From Paraspadella gotoi (Eukaryota; Animalia; Chaetognatha): 64,000 nucleotides of DNA. Within the stretch, counting starts at the first letter, position 1; each line of letters starts with the position of its first letter. Below the pieces are notes generated by a model. That model was not told where the DNA came from. It worked only from the letters and a program-made list of their open reading frames with translations, and searched no databases. Both the position numbers and the translations under genes were made by a program. Shown one piece after another: positions 1-14,255 of this stretch. The DNA lies in contig CM119269.1 in the NCBI GenBank assembly GCA_051294375.1, positions 17,594,265-17,658,264 of the forward strand, in the 5' to 3' direction.

Positions 1-1018
1 AACACCCCGGGTGCGACATTTTCGAGCCGATTCTGGCTCAAATCGAGGCTCTTCAGCCCCCGTAGCCCTCGAAAGAGCCCGGCGGGCGCGAGAGCCTTAA
101 GTTTGTTCCCGCGGACGGAGAGAGTCTCCAGGTTGGTCAGCCTCCCGTCGGCGAAATCTCTCGTCGAGAGTGTCGTGATGCTGAAGGAGGAGAATGTGAA
201 TTTGTTGAATAGGAAACATTTGAATATGAATGAAATTGGTACAACCAATATAAAAATAATCCTTAGATAAAATAAATAAGCTTCGCTCTTAACTTTGGAC
301 AGACAGTTTTGTCATGTTGAAACGTTAATTCTGATTATAAATAAAATGTGAATAAATATGAATAGAAATAGAGAAAAAGGAACACGGTTCAAAAATGTTT
401 GCGTCTAAATCTTGCTAGAACCATACATTGTATGGCATACAATTCATAGTATGCATAGTATGCTTCTAATTAATTGGAAACAAATGAACATACCCGTTGA
501 AGCCGAGATCCAAGGTCCTCAGCGCCGGCAGCGCCGCGGCTTCCCTCGGCACTTGCGACAGGCGGTTCCGCGCCAGGTCGAGCCTCTCCAGCCCGGTTAG
601 GCCCGACAGGCCGCCCACTGTGCCCACGCGGTTACGGCTGAGGTCAAGGCGACGGAGATGGGGCAGGTCGAGGGCGAGGAGCGGATCGTCGAAGGCGGAG
701 AGGCGGTTCCGCGAGAGGTCGAGGCTGCGGAGGCGGGAGCCGGAGAGGAAGTCGAAGGTGGAGTTGGAAACGCTCGTCAAGTCGACGGCGGAGAGGTTAA
801 GGGAGACGAGAGTGGAGACTTCCTGGGAAGTGGGTTGGGGGAACGAGAGTGTTTGACTTGGGCTATTCAATTCATTATTCATTATTCATTATTCATAATC
901 ATTATCACATTAATCGTTATGATCAGCAAACGTTATCATCATCATCATTATCGTAATAATAATTATCATCATCAACAACTAGATCATGATCATTCTTTTC
1001 AACGTCATCTTTATCTTT

Positions 1019-1090
<72 letters not shown>

Positions 1091-2731
1091 TTCCTCACTT
1101 GAAGCCCCCTCAGGATGTTCCGGACGTTATCGTCTCCGCCGACGCGCGAGTTGGTCAAGTCTGGGTTGAAGGCGAGGTTGAGCGACTCGAACCCTCGGGG
1201 CAGACTGCGCAGCGCGTCCTCGTGAACGGAGCGGAGTCCGCAGCGTGAGAGATCCAGTTCGCGAAGGTTGGACAGGTCTCGAAGGGGCTGTCGGAGGAGA
1301 GAATGGAAGGAAATGATTCGATAGTCAATAGCAGAAATGCTATCCAAGTAACCCACCATCTTTGTTCCTCTTTGTTCAACCCCTACCCCACTCCCCCCAT
1401 CACCAACCTCCAAACTCCCCGCCTCGATTCTCCCGATTTTGTTTCCATCGAGACTCAAGCTCTTCAGCGCCCGAAGTCGACGAAAGTGATTTCCCAGCCG
1501 CAGCCGCGCCGCGTCGCGATTGGCGCCGACGCTGAGCCGCTGCAGCCGGGTGGCGTGACGCAGCGCCGCGTCGACGGCCGACAGATCGAAGGCGTTGTGG
1601 TCGAGGCGGAGGCGGAGTAGGCGTGGCACGGCGCGGAGCACTTCCGGTCGCAGCGACGAGAGGGCGTTGTGGGAAAGATCGAGGTCTTCCAGGGAGGAGG
1701 CGAGACCGGAGAAGGCCGACGCCTCCACGGCCGAGAGGCTCATGTTGGAGAGGGAGAGGCGGCGGAGGGCGGTGAGGTTGACGAAGCGGTTGGGCGGGAT
1801 GGAGCCTAAAAGGGGGAGAGAGGGAGAGATAGAATCGAGTGATGGAGTGATGGAGAAAGAGTGAGAAAGAATCGCTGGAGATACACAGTAATTATGAACT
1901 AGTTAATTATTGCTCCAGAAGATGATGAATAATTTGGTTTATTGCGAGAATGTTCCTACATGGGAATATACGAGAAAATGAAGGAATAGAAAAGAAATTG
2001 TGGATAAAATGATAAGGGGTCTAACAAAATTACAAACAAAATGATAGTCTACTAAACATACTCATTACTCAACCCCCTTCGCTGCTGTTTGCACAATGTG
2101 CAATGCACAAGGACGAGTCTTCACTGGAATACTAATTATTATCTGTGCAAGAAGCAGCGTCATTCCTCTCTCAACCCACCCCCCCCCTTTTACCCAAGGG
2201 GTTCCCGCTGAGGTCCAACTCGGCCACGTTCCTCATGTATGGCCCGTCGACGAAGAATGCGGAAGGAAGGAAGCGAAGGCGGCGCTGGCTGCAGTCGATG
2301 GACCAGGCCGTGCAGAAGCAGGGCTCCGGGCAGCCCGACACGGCCGGCGGGGTCGACCCGGGCGGGCTAGGGGGCGGAGGTGGCCCGTCGCGGGCTCGTC
2401 GAAGCGGCCGACGAGAATTAAAAGGTTTGTTTCTTCGATAATCGTCGTCGTCGTCGTCGTCGTTGTTGTTGTCGAATCCTTCGGCAGTTTTTCCCGACGA
2501 CGACGACGACGACGACGAAAGCGAAGCGACGACAGCCGCTCTTCGGCGGTGGAGGGGATCGGCGGCCGACGACGACAGATATGGTCCTTTTTCGCCGCCG
2601 CCGCCGCCGCCGCTGAGGCCGCCGACGGAATTGTCGTCTTCCTCGGAGGCCGCTGTTCGAGTTTGCGCGAAGAGATAAAAGAGGCACAAAACGAGAAGAG
2701 TTTCGTTGGGCCGACGAAAGGCGGACGCCAT
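1..2731 (-). CDS. LRR single-pass membrane protein, copy 1 (3' end runs off the window); exons ~2731-2194, 1805-1408, 1287-1099, 822-494, 180-<1
   Basis: ATG in aaaATGg context; signal peptide (LLVLCLFYLFA); LRRNT CPEPCFCTAWSIDCSQRRLRFLP; many LxxLxLxxNxL repeats (LEDLDLSHNAL, LRSLDLSRNRL); GT/AG sites join these exons in frame. Confidence 0.9.
1020..1090. repeat. (CAT)n microsatellite in an LRR-gene intron
   Basis: Pure CAT run; also present in copy 2 at ~8060-8130. Confidence 0.95.
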
Positions 2732-3231
2732 TTTGAATAAGAGGGTGAGTGGGTGAAGGGGTCAAAGTTAAAAGAATTGGGGGCGAGAGGAAAACATAGG
2801 ATAGGGTGATTGGCACTGATTCAAGGTAAGGCCGTCAGGGGGCGACGTGAAATGGCAGAGAAGTCGTCCTGATAGCGATGGAGAGAAGAAACGAGACCTC
2901 TACCGGTCGAGTAAGAGACTCTGAATTTGCTGAAATAAAAAAGATTTTTTTTGGGTTTTGAGAGGAGAAAAAAAGCCACTAAAAAAAATTATTAAGTTGA
3001 AAAATTGGCGTACATGTTCATTAATTTATACAAAGTAGACTATGAAAATTAAAACGCAAAACTTTACAGATGATAAAGAGGGTTTCTGGCGTTTTAAGTT
3101 TATCCGCTATGAAAGTTTTTTTTTTTAGTTATAATAAAATGAAAAAGTAACAAAAAAATTTTTTGTTAATTTTTTTTACAACAGGAGAAAGACTCAGGGG
3201 GAAGGGCCTTTGGCGCCGAGTCCCGCGAATC

Positions 3232-3364
<133 letters not shown>

Positions 3365-3833
3365 CCTTCTCTTATCTGAAACCAAAGTCTTCCATGTCTC
3401 AGAAGAATAAAATCTTTACGATTTTTTTTCTTTTTTTTTTCTTTCTTTTTTGGTCGAAGCGATTATTATGATGCCTGTTTTTAATGACGACGACGATGAC
3501 GACGACGAAGACGACGACAGCGACGAAACAGACTAACACGAAGACGATAATCCAATGTACCGACAACAACGGTTTGAATGACAAGGACGACGCCGAAGCG
3601 AACTTCGCAGAGATGACATTGACGTTGATGTTAATGACAACGAGGACGCGCGACGAATGAAGCGGATGAAGAATGACTGTGAATTCGAGCAGTGAATGAC
3701 AATGACTGCATCCATAGCGCGATGACAATGACGACGACGACGACGATAACGAACAACAAAAACGAAACTCGACGAACTCGAAATGCGTGGCAGCACAACG
3801 TAAACGGGAGAGAGAATAACTTTTTAAAGACTC

Positions 3834-3866
<33 letters not shown>

Positions 3867-3968
3867 AGTTGTTAAATCCTCATCGCTCCCTTCATCGCCA
3901 CGAAAAATCGTAAAACCAAAAATCTGTGGCTTTTTTTTTATTTTCGTTTCTGGATGAAAGATAAAAGA

Positions 3969-4044
<76 letters not shown>

Positions 4045-4217
4045 AAAAAATATCGTTCATCATCGACTTTTTTTTTGAGAATGAAATAAGACTTTCCCTC
4101 TCTTTGTATCGACTAAAAAGAGAGACGGAGAAAGAAAGAAAAAAAAATCGAAGAAATGTTGGAATTTTTTTCCCCCTTTGAGGTCGTTTATTTTTTGGGA
4201 GTGATAAAAGCCGATAC

Positions 4218-4293
<76 letters not shown>

Positions 4294-4412
4294 AAGACTG
4301 GGTTCGGGGAGGTCTCGTCGAATTCCGTCTCTCTGTGTGTGTGTTGAGTGAGAGAAAAGAGAGAGAGAGATAGAATGAGAGAGAAATGAGAGAGAGAGAG
4401 GAGAGAGAGAAT

Positions 4413-4474
<62 letters not shown>

Positions 4475-6279
4475 GACGAGACGAGAGAGAGAGAGAGAAA
4501 GAGAGATTGAGAGAGAAAGAGAGCTAATCAGATTTCAAGAGATCGTAATACTATTACGAGTTAGGAAAAAAAGTCGTCGCCACGCCAATGTAGATGGCGC
4601 GCCGTCGTCGTCATCGTCTCTGGCGTCGAAATGGCGCCAGATTATTCTCCCCTCTGAATTTTTTTGTATTATTTTTGATCTTCTTTTCTTGGGATTCAGT
4701 CACGTGACGATTTTGAGTTGAGGGGGCAGGGAAGGGGGGGGGTGAAAAGGGGTGGCTGTTATTTTTGTAAGAATTGTTAAGAGGCGAGTGAATCGAGTCT
4801 CCCGCGCGTCGTCACTTCGTCCACACTAATTTTTTTTCGGGCCCACAAATTCACTCTTTTCCACAGTGTGGTCAGTGTTGTACGTTAAAATTTCGATCAT
4901 CGTGTTTTTTTTTTCTTTTTTCGGGGTTGATGAACCAAAAAAAAAAAAAAAAACCAACGAAAAAACCCAACAAATTATTATTATTACCAATTTGTTTCGT
5001 GAATAGAAGAGAAAGAAAAAAAAGGTCCCGCTCTTTCAGCTGAGTTTGTTTTTCTTTTACTTTTACGTATTTTTTTTTTCTTCCTTTGAGCGGACGAGTT
5101 GACACGAGGCTTCGAGGGGAGATCGAATCGTCCGAAGGCGAAGAAAATAGGATTGAAGATGACTCGTTTGAAGGAGGGGGGGAGGCTGGGGGGGGGGAAA
5201 TGGATGCAAGACGGATTTAATAGTCCGCGGGAGGCGTTGTCTCCCCGTACTATTTGTTTAATCAATATTTAATTGCGCTTGTAATTCCCAAATTATGTGG
5301 TCAGCCGAGACAGTGGGTACTAAAATAGATCCATTCAAGGACTATATAATTTTTTAAAAAACGATGGTAATGACGTAAATTTTTAACCCCACTTCTATAT
5401 GTAAATGAGAATATAGGAGTTTTGCCATCCATTTTTCGAACGTGTTTAATAAACATGAAAATCTGAGTTTATCTATAAATAAATAAATAAAGTTTCAAAT
5501 TTTAATTTTAATTTACATTTTAATTCGGATTAAGATATAAATAAAGATGAAAAGCCAAAACAACGTTTGTCCGCGATGGCATCGGCCGCCCAAGTTGAAA
5601 ATGTCGCTCGACGACGAGAAAAGATTAATTTTGTTGTGAGGTTTTTCTCTCCCGTAATTCGATAATAAATGATTAACGGGCGAATACGATGGCGGCGACG
5701 ATGGCGGCGGCGGCGACGACGACGACGACGAGAACAGAGCCAATTATCTCGGTGGTCCCTCGCGCGTTAGGGCTATTAAAGGGCGTTGTGGAGAGGCGGG
5801 TCCGCCAGGGCGAGAAAAGACGTCGGGGATATTTACTAAAATTTTTTTCTTATATTTTCTTTTGAAGATATAAGGATTCGGAGGGACGAGATTGTTGTAT
5901 GCAACTTTAGTCGATGTACGTCGTTGTCGTCGTTGTTAAACCTTTCGTTGTCAGTGCTCTCGTCATTTCTACGCCAAAATTGAAAAACCTAATTAACTGT
6001 TGATTTTTTTTTATTCCCGAAAAAATCATTTTAAAAAACCCAAAACCAATAAGAAAACAAGTTTTTTTAGGGAAAATTTTTGTTGTTGTATTTGTTTTTT
6101 AAATTTGTTGTTTTTTTTTCATATGGAAAGGCGAAGATAAATTCACGTTCGATACCGGTGATTCAGTGATACAGTCGTTTTTTTTGTGAAACTTTTTTTT
6201 TTTTTGTTTTTTGCGTTTTATTTTTTGTTCTTTTTTTTTTCACAAAAACAAATGGCGGAATTAAAGAGCGACGTCGTCG

Positions 6280-8096
6280 TCACCGCGCCGTCTTTTTCTT
6301 CGGCGTCCGTCCGTTCTTTTCCTTCAACAACGACGTCGTCGTAGTCGTCGTCGGCGCGGTGGTCGGCGATCCGTAGATCTGATTGACGAAGCGACTTTGT
6401 CCGTACGCGTATCCATCGCTCTTGCCGAGTTTCCGCCTCGCCGCTTTGTAAGCGACGACGACGAGAACGACGAGGACGACGACGCCGGTGCCGATTCCAG
6501 CCACGACCGGCGCCACGGTTGAAACGGCCTCGTCCGTTCGCCGACGTTGTCACCCTGCTGGCGCTCAGGCGGACGTCGCGGTCGCGGCTGCGGCGGCTGA
6601 GGCGTCGGCGCGGCGGCCGCTGCTCCGCCGCACATGGTCCGCATCTCGATCCGGAAGAGAAGCAGCGGCATGCGTCCCTGTTTGCAGGCGAAGCCGTCGC
6701 CTTTGATGTCGCCCAAGGCGGCGTCGGAAGAGTTGAGCCACCGAAGGAGTCGACGCCTCGCAGGAGCAGTCGAAGGAGTTGCCCTCGAGGCGGAGGGAGC
6801 TGGGGTGTCGACGAGGAGTTGGGAGAAGATCTCCGCGTCGGAGACCCAGAGGCGGTTAAAGGACAGATCGAGGACCTAGTCGTGTTAATTCAAGGAGGAA
6901 GCCTTTTTGTAATTTAAACAATTTAATTAAAGACAATTTGTATAATATTCTACTTCTTAGTAGTTTGTTTTCGTTTTTTTTAATTTTAAGAAATGTATTC
7001 TTCTTCTCGACTCGCCTTCAGGACGGCAGATCCAGAAACACCCCGGTGCGACATTTCGTAGCCGGATTCTGGCTCAATCGAGGCTCTTCAGCCCCCGTAG
7101 CCCTCGAAAGAGCCGGCGGGCGCGAGAGCTTAAGTTTGTTCCCGCGGACGGAGAGAGTCTCCAGGTTGGTCAGCCTCCGTCGGCGAAATCTCTCGTCGAG
7201 AGTGTGCGTGATGCTGAAGAGAGGAGAATGTGAATTGATTTGTGAATAGGAAACATTTGAATATGAGATGAAATTGGTACAACCAATATAAAAATAATCC
7301 TTAGATAAATAAATAAGCTTCGGCTCTTAACTTTGGACAGACAGTTTTGTCATGTTGAAACGTTAATTCTGATATAAATAAAAATGTGAATAAATATGAA
7401 TAGAAATAGAGAAAAAGGAACAACGGTTCAAAAATGTTTGCGTCTAAATCTTGCTAGAACCATACATTGTATGGCATACAATTCATAGTATGCATAGTAT
7501 GCTTCTAATTAATTGGAAACAAATGAACTACCCGTTGAACCGAGATCCAAGGTCCTCAGCGCCGGCAGCGCCGCGGCTCCCTCGGCACTTGCGGACAGGC
7601 GGTTCCGCGCCAGGTCGAGCCTCTCCAGCCCGGTTAGGCCCCGACAGGCCGCCCACTGTGCCCACGCGGTTACGGCTGAGGTCAAGGCGACGGAGATGGG
7701 GCAGGTCGAGGGCGAGGAGCGGATCGTCGAAGGCGGAGAGGCGGTTCCGCGAGAGGTCGAGGCTGCGGAGGCGGGAGCCGAGAGGAAGTCGAAGGTGGAG
7801 TTGGAAACGCTCGTCAAGTCGACGGCGGAGAGGTTAAGGGAGACGAGAGTGGAGACTTCCTGGGAAGTGGGTTGGGGGAACGAGAGTGGTTTGACTTGGG
7901 CTATTTCAATTCATTATTCATTATTCATTATTCATAATCATTATCACATTAATCGTTATGATCAGCAAACGTTATCATCATCATCATTATCGTAATAATA
8001 ATTACATCATCAACAACTAGATCATGATCATTCTTTTCAAACGTCATCTTTATCTTTAATCATCATCACATCATCATCATCATCATCATCATCATC

Positions 8097-8129
<33 letters not shown>

Positions 8130-9772
8130 TTTCCTCACTTGAAGCCCCCTCAGGATGTTCCGGACGTTATCGTCTCCGCCGACGCGCGAGTTGGTCAAGT
8201 CTGGGTTGAAGGCGAGGTTGACGACTCGAACCCTCGGGGCAGACTGCGCAGCGCGTCCTCGTGAACGGAGCGGAGTCCGCAGCGTGAGAGATCCAGTTCG
8301 CGAAAGGTTGGACAGGTCTCGAAGGGGCTGTCGGAGGAGAGAAGAATGGAAGAAATGATTCGATAGTCAATAGCGAAATGCTAATCCAGTAACCCACCAT
8401 CTTTGTTCCTCTTTGTTCAACCCCTACCCCACTCCCCCCATCACCAACCTCCAAACTCCCCGCCTCGATTCCCCGAATTTTGTTTCCATCGAGACTCAAG
8501 CTCTTCAGCGCCCGAAGTCGACGAAAGTGATTTCCCAGCCGCAGCCGCGCCGCGTCGCGATTGGCGCCGACGCTGAGCCGCTGCAGCCGCGGTGGCGTGA
8601 CGCAGCGCCGCGGTCGACGGCCGAACAGATCGAAGGCGTTGTTGGTCGAGGCGGAGGCGGAGTAGGCGTGGCACGGCGCGGAGCACTTCCGGTCGCAGCG
8701 ACGAGAGGGCGTTGTGGAAAGATCGAGGTCTCCAGGGAGGAGGCGCAGGACCGGAGAAGGCCGACGCCTCCACGGCCGAGAGGCTCATGATGGAGAGGGA
8801 GAGGCGGCGGAGGGCGGTGAGGTTGACGAAGCGGTTGCGCGGGATGGAGCCTAAAAGGGGAGAGAGGGAGAGATAGAATCGAGTGATGGATGATGGAGAA
8901 AGAGGAGAAAGAATCGCTGGAGATACACAGTAATTATGACTAGTTAATTATTGCTCCAGAAGATGAATGAATAATTTGGTTTTATTGCGAGAATGTTCCT
9001 ACATGGGAATATACGAGAAAATGAAGGAATAGAAAAGAATTGTGGATAAAATGATAAGGGGTCTAACAAAATTACAAACAAAATGATAGTCTACTAAACA
9101 TACTCATTACTCAACCCCTTCGCTGCTGTTTGCAACAATGTGCAATGCACAAGGACGAGTCTTCACTGGAATACTAATTATTATCTGTGCAAGAAGCAGC
9201 GTCATTTCCTCTCTCAACCCACCCCCCCCTTTTACCCAAGGGGTTCCCGCTGAGGTCCAACTCGGCCACGTTCCTCATGTATGGCCGTCGACGAAGAATG
9301 CGGAAGGAAGGAAGCGAAGGCGGCGCTGGCTGCAGTCGATGGACCAGGCCGTGCAGAAGCAGGGCTCCGGGCAGCCCGACACGGCCGGCGGGGTCGACCC
9401 GGGCGGCTAGGGGGCGGAGGTGGCCCGTCGCGGCTCGTGCGAAGCGGCCGACGAGAATTAAAAGGTTTGTTTCTTCGATAATCGTCGTCGTCGTCGTCGT
9501 CGTTGTTGTTGTCGAATCCTTCGCAAGTTTTCCTACGACGACGCGACGACGACGACGAAAGCGAAGCGACGACAGCCGCTCTTCGGCGGTGGAGGGGATC
9601 GGCGGCCGACGACGACAGATGATGGTCCTTTTTCGCCGCCGCGCCGCCGCCGCTGAGGCCGCCGACGGAATTGTCGTCTTCCTCGGAGGCCGCTGTTCGA
9701 GTTTGCGCGAAGAGATAAAAGAGGCACAAAACGAGAAGAGTTTCGTTGGGCCGGACGAAAGGCGGACGCCAA
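6280..9772 (-). pseudogene. LRR membrane protein, copy 2 (complete but indel-ridden; probably a low-quality duplicate); supplies the LRRCT, TM helix and short tail
   Basis: Colinear with copy 1 but with scattered 1-2 nt indels and a disrupted ATG. The last exon (6875-6280) has an LRRCT motif (LEGNSFDCSC), a TM segment (GIGTGVVVLVVLVVVAY) and a ~55-aa tail with no TIR domain. Confidence 0.75.
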
Positions 9773-10275
9773 TTTTGAATAAGAGGGTGAGTGGGTGAAG
9801 GGGTCAAAGTTAAAAGAATTGGGGGCGAGAGGAAACATAGATAGGGTGATTGGCAACTGATTCAAGGTAAGGCCGTCAGGGGCGACGGTGAAATGGCAGA
9901 GAAGTCGTCCTGATAAGCGATGGAGAGAAGAAACAGACTCTACCGGTCGAGTAAGAGACTCTGAATTTGCTGAAATAAAAAAGATTTTTTTGGGTTTTGA
10001 GAGGAGAAAAAAAAGCCACTAAAAAAATTATTAAGTTGAAAAATTTGGCGTACATGTTCATTAATTTATACAAAGTAGACTATGAAAATTTAAAACGCCA
10101 AAACTTTACAGATGATAAAGAGGGTTTCTGGCGTTTTAAGTTTATCCGCTATGAAAGTTTTTTTTTAGTTATAATAAAATGAAAAAGTAACAAAAAAATT
10201 TTTGTTAATTTTTTTACAACAGGGAAAGACTCAGGGGAAGGGCCTTTGGCGCCGAGTCCGCGAATCGCAAAAGAG

Positions 10276-10371
<96 letters not shown>

Positions 10372-10987
10372 CCTTCTCTATCTGAAACCAAAGTCTTCCA
10401 TGTCTTCAGAAGAATAAATCTTTACGATTTTTTTTCTTTTTTTTTCTTTCTTTTTTGGTCGAAGCGATTATTATGATGCCTGTTTTTAATTGACGACGAA
10501 TCGACTGACGACGAAGACGACGACAGCGACGAAACAGACTGAACACGAAGACGATAATCCAATGTACCGACAACAACTGTTTGAATGACAAGGACGACGC
10601 CGAAGCGAACTTCGCAGAGATGACATTGACGTTGATGTTAATGACAACGAAGGACGCGCGACGAATGAAGCGGATGAAGAATGACTGTGAATTCGAGCAG
10701 TGAATGACAATGATGCATCCATAGCGCGATGACAATGACGACGACGACGACGATAACGAACAACAAAAACGAAACTCGACGAACTCGAAATGCTGGCAGC
10801 ACAACGTAAACGGGAGAGAGAATAACTTTTTAAAGACTCGCGCCGCCGCCGCCGCCGCCACGCGCCCGCCGCCGCCGCCGAGTTGTTAAATCCTCATCGC
10901 TCCCTTCATCGCACGAAAAATTCGTAAAACCAAAAATCTGTGGCTTTTTTTTATATTTCGTTTCTGGATGAAAGATAAAAGAAGAGA

Positions 10988-11019
<32 letters not shown>

Positions 11020-11222
11020 GAGAGAGAGAGAGAGAGAGAGAAGAAGAGAGAAAAAATATCGTTCATCATCGACTTTTTTTTGAGAATGAATAAGACTTTC
11101 CTCTCTTTGTATCGACTAAAAAAGAGAGACGGAGAAAGAAGAAAAAAAAATCGAAGAAATGTGGAATTTTTCCCCCTTTGAGGTCGTTTATTTTTGGAGT
11201 GATAAAAGCCGAATACTAAGAG

Positions 11223-11299
<77 letters not shown>

Positions 11300-11437
11300 G
11301 GTTCGGGGAGGTCTCGTCGAATTCCGTCTCTCTGTGTGTGTGTGAGTGAGAGAAAGAGAGAGAGAGATAGAATGAGAGAGAATGAGAGAGAGAGAGTGAG
11401 AGAGAGAATGAGAGAGAAAGAGAGAGAAGAGAGAGAG

Positions 11438-11505
<68 letters not shown>

Positions 11506-13082
11506 AGAGAGAGAAAGAGAGGAATTGAAGAGAAAGAGAGCTAATCAGATTTCAAGAGATCGTAATACTATTACGAATTAGGAAAAAAAGTCGTCGCCAC
11601 GCCAATGTAGATGGCGCGCCGTCGTCGTCATCGTCTCTGGCGTCGAAATGGCGCCAGATTATTCTCCCCTCTGAATTTTTTTGTATTATTTTTGATCTTC
11701 TTTTCTTGGGATTCAGTCACGTGACGATTTTGAGTTGAGGGGGCAGGGAAGGGGGGGTGAAAAGGGGGTGGCTGTTATTTTTGTTAGAATTGTTAAGAGG
11801 CGAGTGAATCGAGTCTCCTGCGCGTCGTCACTTCGTCCACACTAATTTTTTTTCGGGCCCACAAATTCACTCTTTTCCACAGTGTGGTCAGTGTTGTACG
11901 TTAAAATTTCGATCATCGTGTTTTTTTTTTTCTTTTTTTCGGGGTTGATGAACCAAAAAAAAAAAAAAAAACCAACGAAAAAACCAACAAATTATTATTA
12001 TTACCAATTTGTTTCGTGAATAGAAGAGAGAAAAAAAAAGGTCCCGCTCTTTCAGCTGAGTTTGTTTTTTCTTTTACTTTTACGTATTTTTTTTTCTTCC
12101 TTTGAGCGGACGAGTTGACACGAGGCTTCGAGGGGAGATCGAATCGTCGAAGGCGAAGAAAATAGGATTGAAGATGACTCGTTTGAAAGGAGGGGGGGAG
12201 GCGGGGGGGGGATATGGATGCAAGACGATTTAATAGTCCGCGGGAGGCGTTGTCTCCCGTACTATTTGTTTAAATCAATATTTAATTGCGCTTGTAATTC
12301 CCAAATTATGTGGTCAGCCGAGACAGTGGGTACTAAAATAGATCCATTCAAGGACTATATAATTTTTTAAAAAAGATGGTAATGACGTAAATTTTTTAAC
12401 CCCACTTCTATATGTAAATGAGAATATAGGAGTTTTGCCATCCATTTTTCGAACGTGTTTTAATAAACATGAAAATCTAGTTTATCTATAAAATAAATAA
12501 ATAAAGTTTCAAATTTTAATTTATAATTTACATTTTAATTCGGATTAAGATATAAATAAAGATGAAAAGCCAAAAACAACGTTTGTCCGCGATGGCATCG
12601 GCCGCCCAAGTTGAAAATGTCGCTCGACGACGAGAAAAGATTAATTTTGTTGTGAGGTTTTTCTCTCCCGTAATTCGATAATAAATGATTAACGGGCGAA
12701 TACGATGGCGGCGACGATGGCGGCGGCGCGACGACGACGACGACGAGAACAGAGCGAATTATCTCGGTGGTCCCTCGCGCGTTAGGGCTATTAAAGGCGT
12801 TGTGGAGAGGCGGTCCGCCAGGGCGAGAAAAGACGTCGGGGATATTTACTAAATTTTTTTCTTATATTTTTTTTGAATATAAGGATTGCGGAGGGACGAG
12901 ATTGTTGTATGCAACTTTAGTCGATGTACGTTCGTTGTCGTCGTTTGTTAAACCTTTCGTTGTCAGTGTCTCGTCATTTCTACGCCAAAATTGAAAAACC
13001 TAATTAACTGTTGATTTTTTTTTATTCCCGAAAAAATCATTTTAAAAAACCCAAAACCAATAAGAAAACAAGTTTTTTTAGG

Positions 13083-13187
<105 letters not shown>

Positions 13188-13359
13188 GAGATACGTTTTT
13201 CTTTCGTGTGTGATTGTTCGAAATTTTGGAAAACTCGGACTGACTTCTGCCCTCCCTCTCTCCTCCTTCACCTCCTCCTCTTCCTCGCTTCTGGGGTGTC
13301 GGCTCAGACGTTGAGAATCTCGTCGAGTGACGTCGGAGCTTTAAAGACGGGATTGAGAC

Positions 13360-13452
13360 GGGATTGGCGGAAAGAACCGATCGCAAGGGCCGACCAAAAA
13401 ACTCGGGACAGATCTCAGCCAAGTTAAATAGCTGGCTTTCCGGCTCTCCTCT

Positions 13453-13540
<88 letters not shown>

Positions 13541-13740
13541 ACTCACTCTCTCTCCCCCAACCAGAGATAAGTCTCCCCGCGTTTCTGATTGGTCGAGACG
13601 CTATCCCAGATCGATCCCCACCGATCGCGAACCTTACCAAGAGTTTTCGTCCTCTAACGTCACATTGCGAAAATCCCAAAAAACAAACGAGGATTGGCTG
13701 GCGGCGAGGCAAGGGCGATAACTCTGTCGACTGATTGGCG
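13360..13740 (-). promoter_or_regulatory. Cluster of four CCAAT (NF-Y-like) boxes; candidate promoter upstream of the LRR gene (repeated at ~20820-21200)
   Basis: ATTGG on + at ~13363, 13588, 13693 and 13734, read on the minus strand as gCCAATcc, aCCAATca, gCCAATcc, gCCAATca, in GC-rich context. Function is inferred. Confidence 0.4.
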
Positions 13741-13911
13741 GAGAGTAGTGAGAGAAGGCCGGGCGGCGGATTTTTGATTTTTTTCTTCACTGGTGGTCTT
13801 GAAAAAAAGAAGTCTAACGATTGAAGTAAAAATAAAAGAGCATCTTTAGAGCTTGGAGGAGGAAATATGATTATGATAAAAGAAAATAACGGTTAAAAAC
13901 TAAAATCACTG

Positions 13912-13983
<72 letters not shown>

Positions 13984-14179
13984 TTCTTCCATGCTGAAAC
14001 TCATATTTCCCTTTGAACTCCCAGTTTTGGAGTCCAACGATTTTCCGGGACAGAAATTCGTAGATTTTTTTTTCTCCCGGTTCGAATTGCCGATTAATCT
14101 TCTCCAACTTTGACGCGGTGAGAGAAAGAGAGAGAGAGACAGAGACAGAGAGAGTAAAAAGATTAAGAGAGCTGAAAGG

Positions 14180-14255
<76 letters not shown>

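Noticed and set aside
497-2740. Plus-strand ORFs overlapping the LRR exons (likewise over DUF229, LNX and ABCC)
   Set aside because: Antisense shadows of GC-rich coding exons with no recognisable domains.
6280-9772. Toll-like receptor call
   Set aside because: No TIR domain after the TM helix; the tail is ~55 aa.
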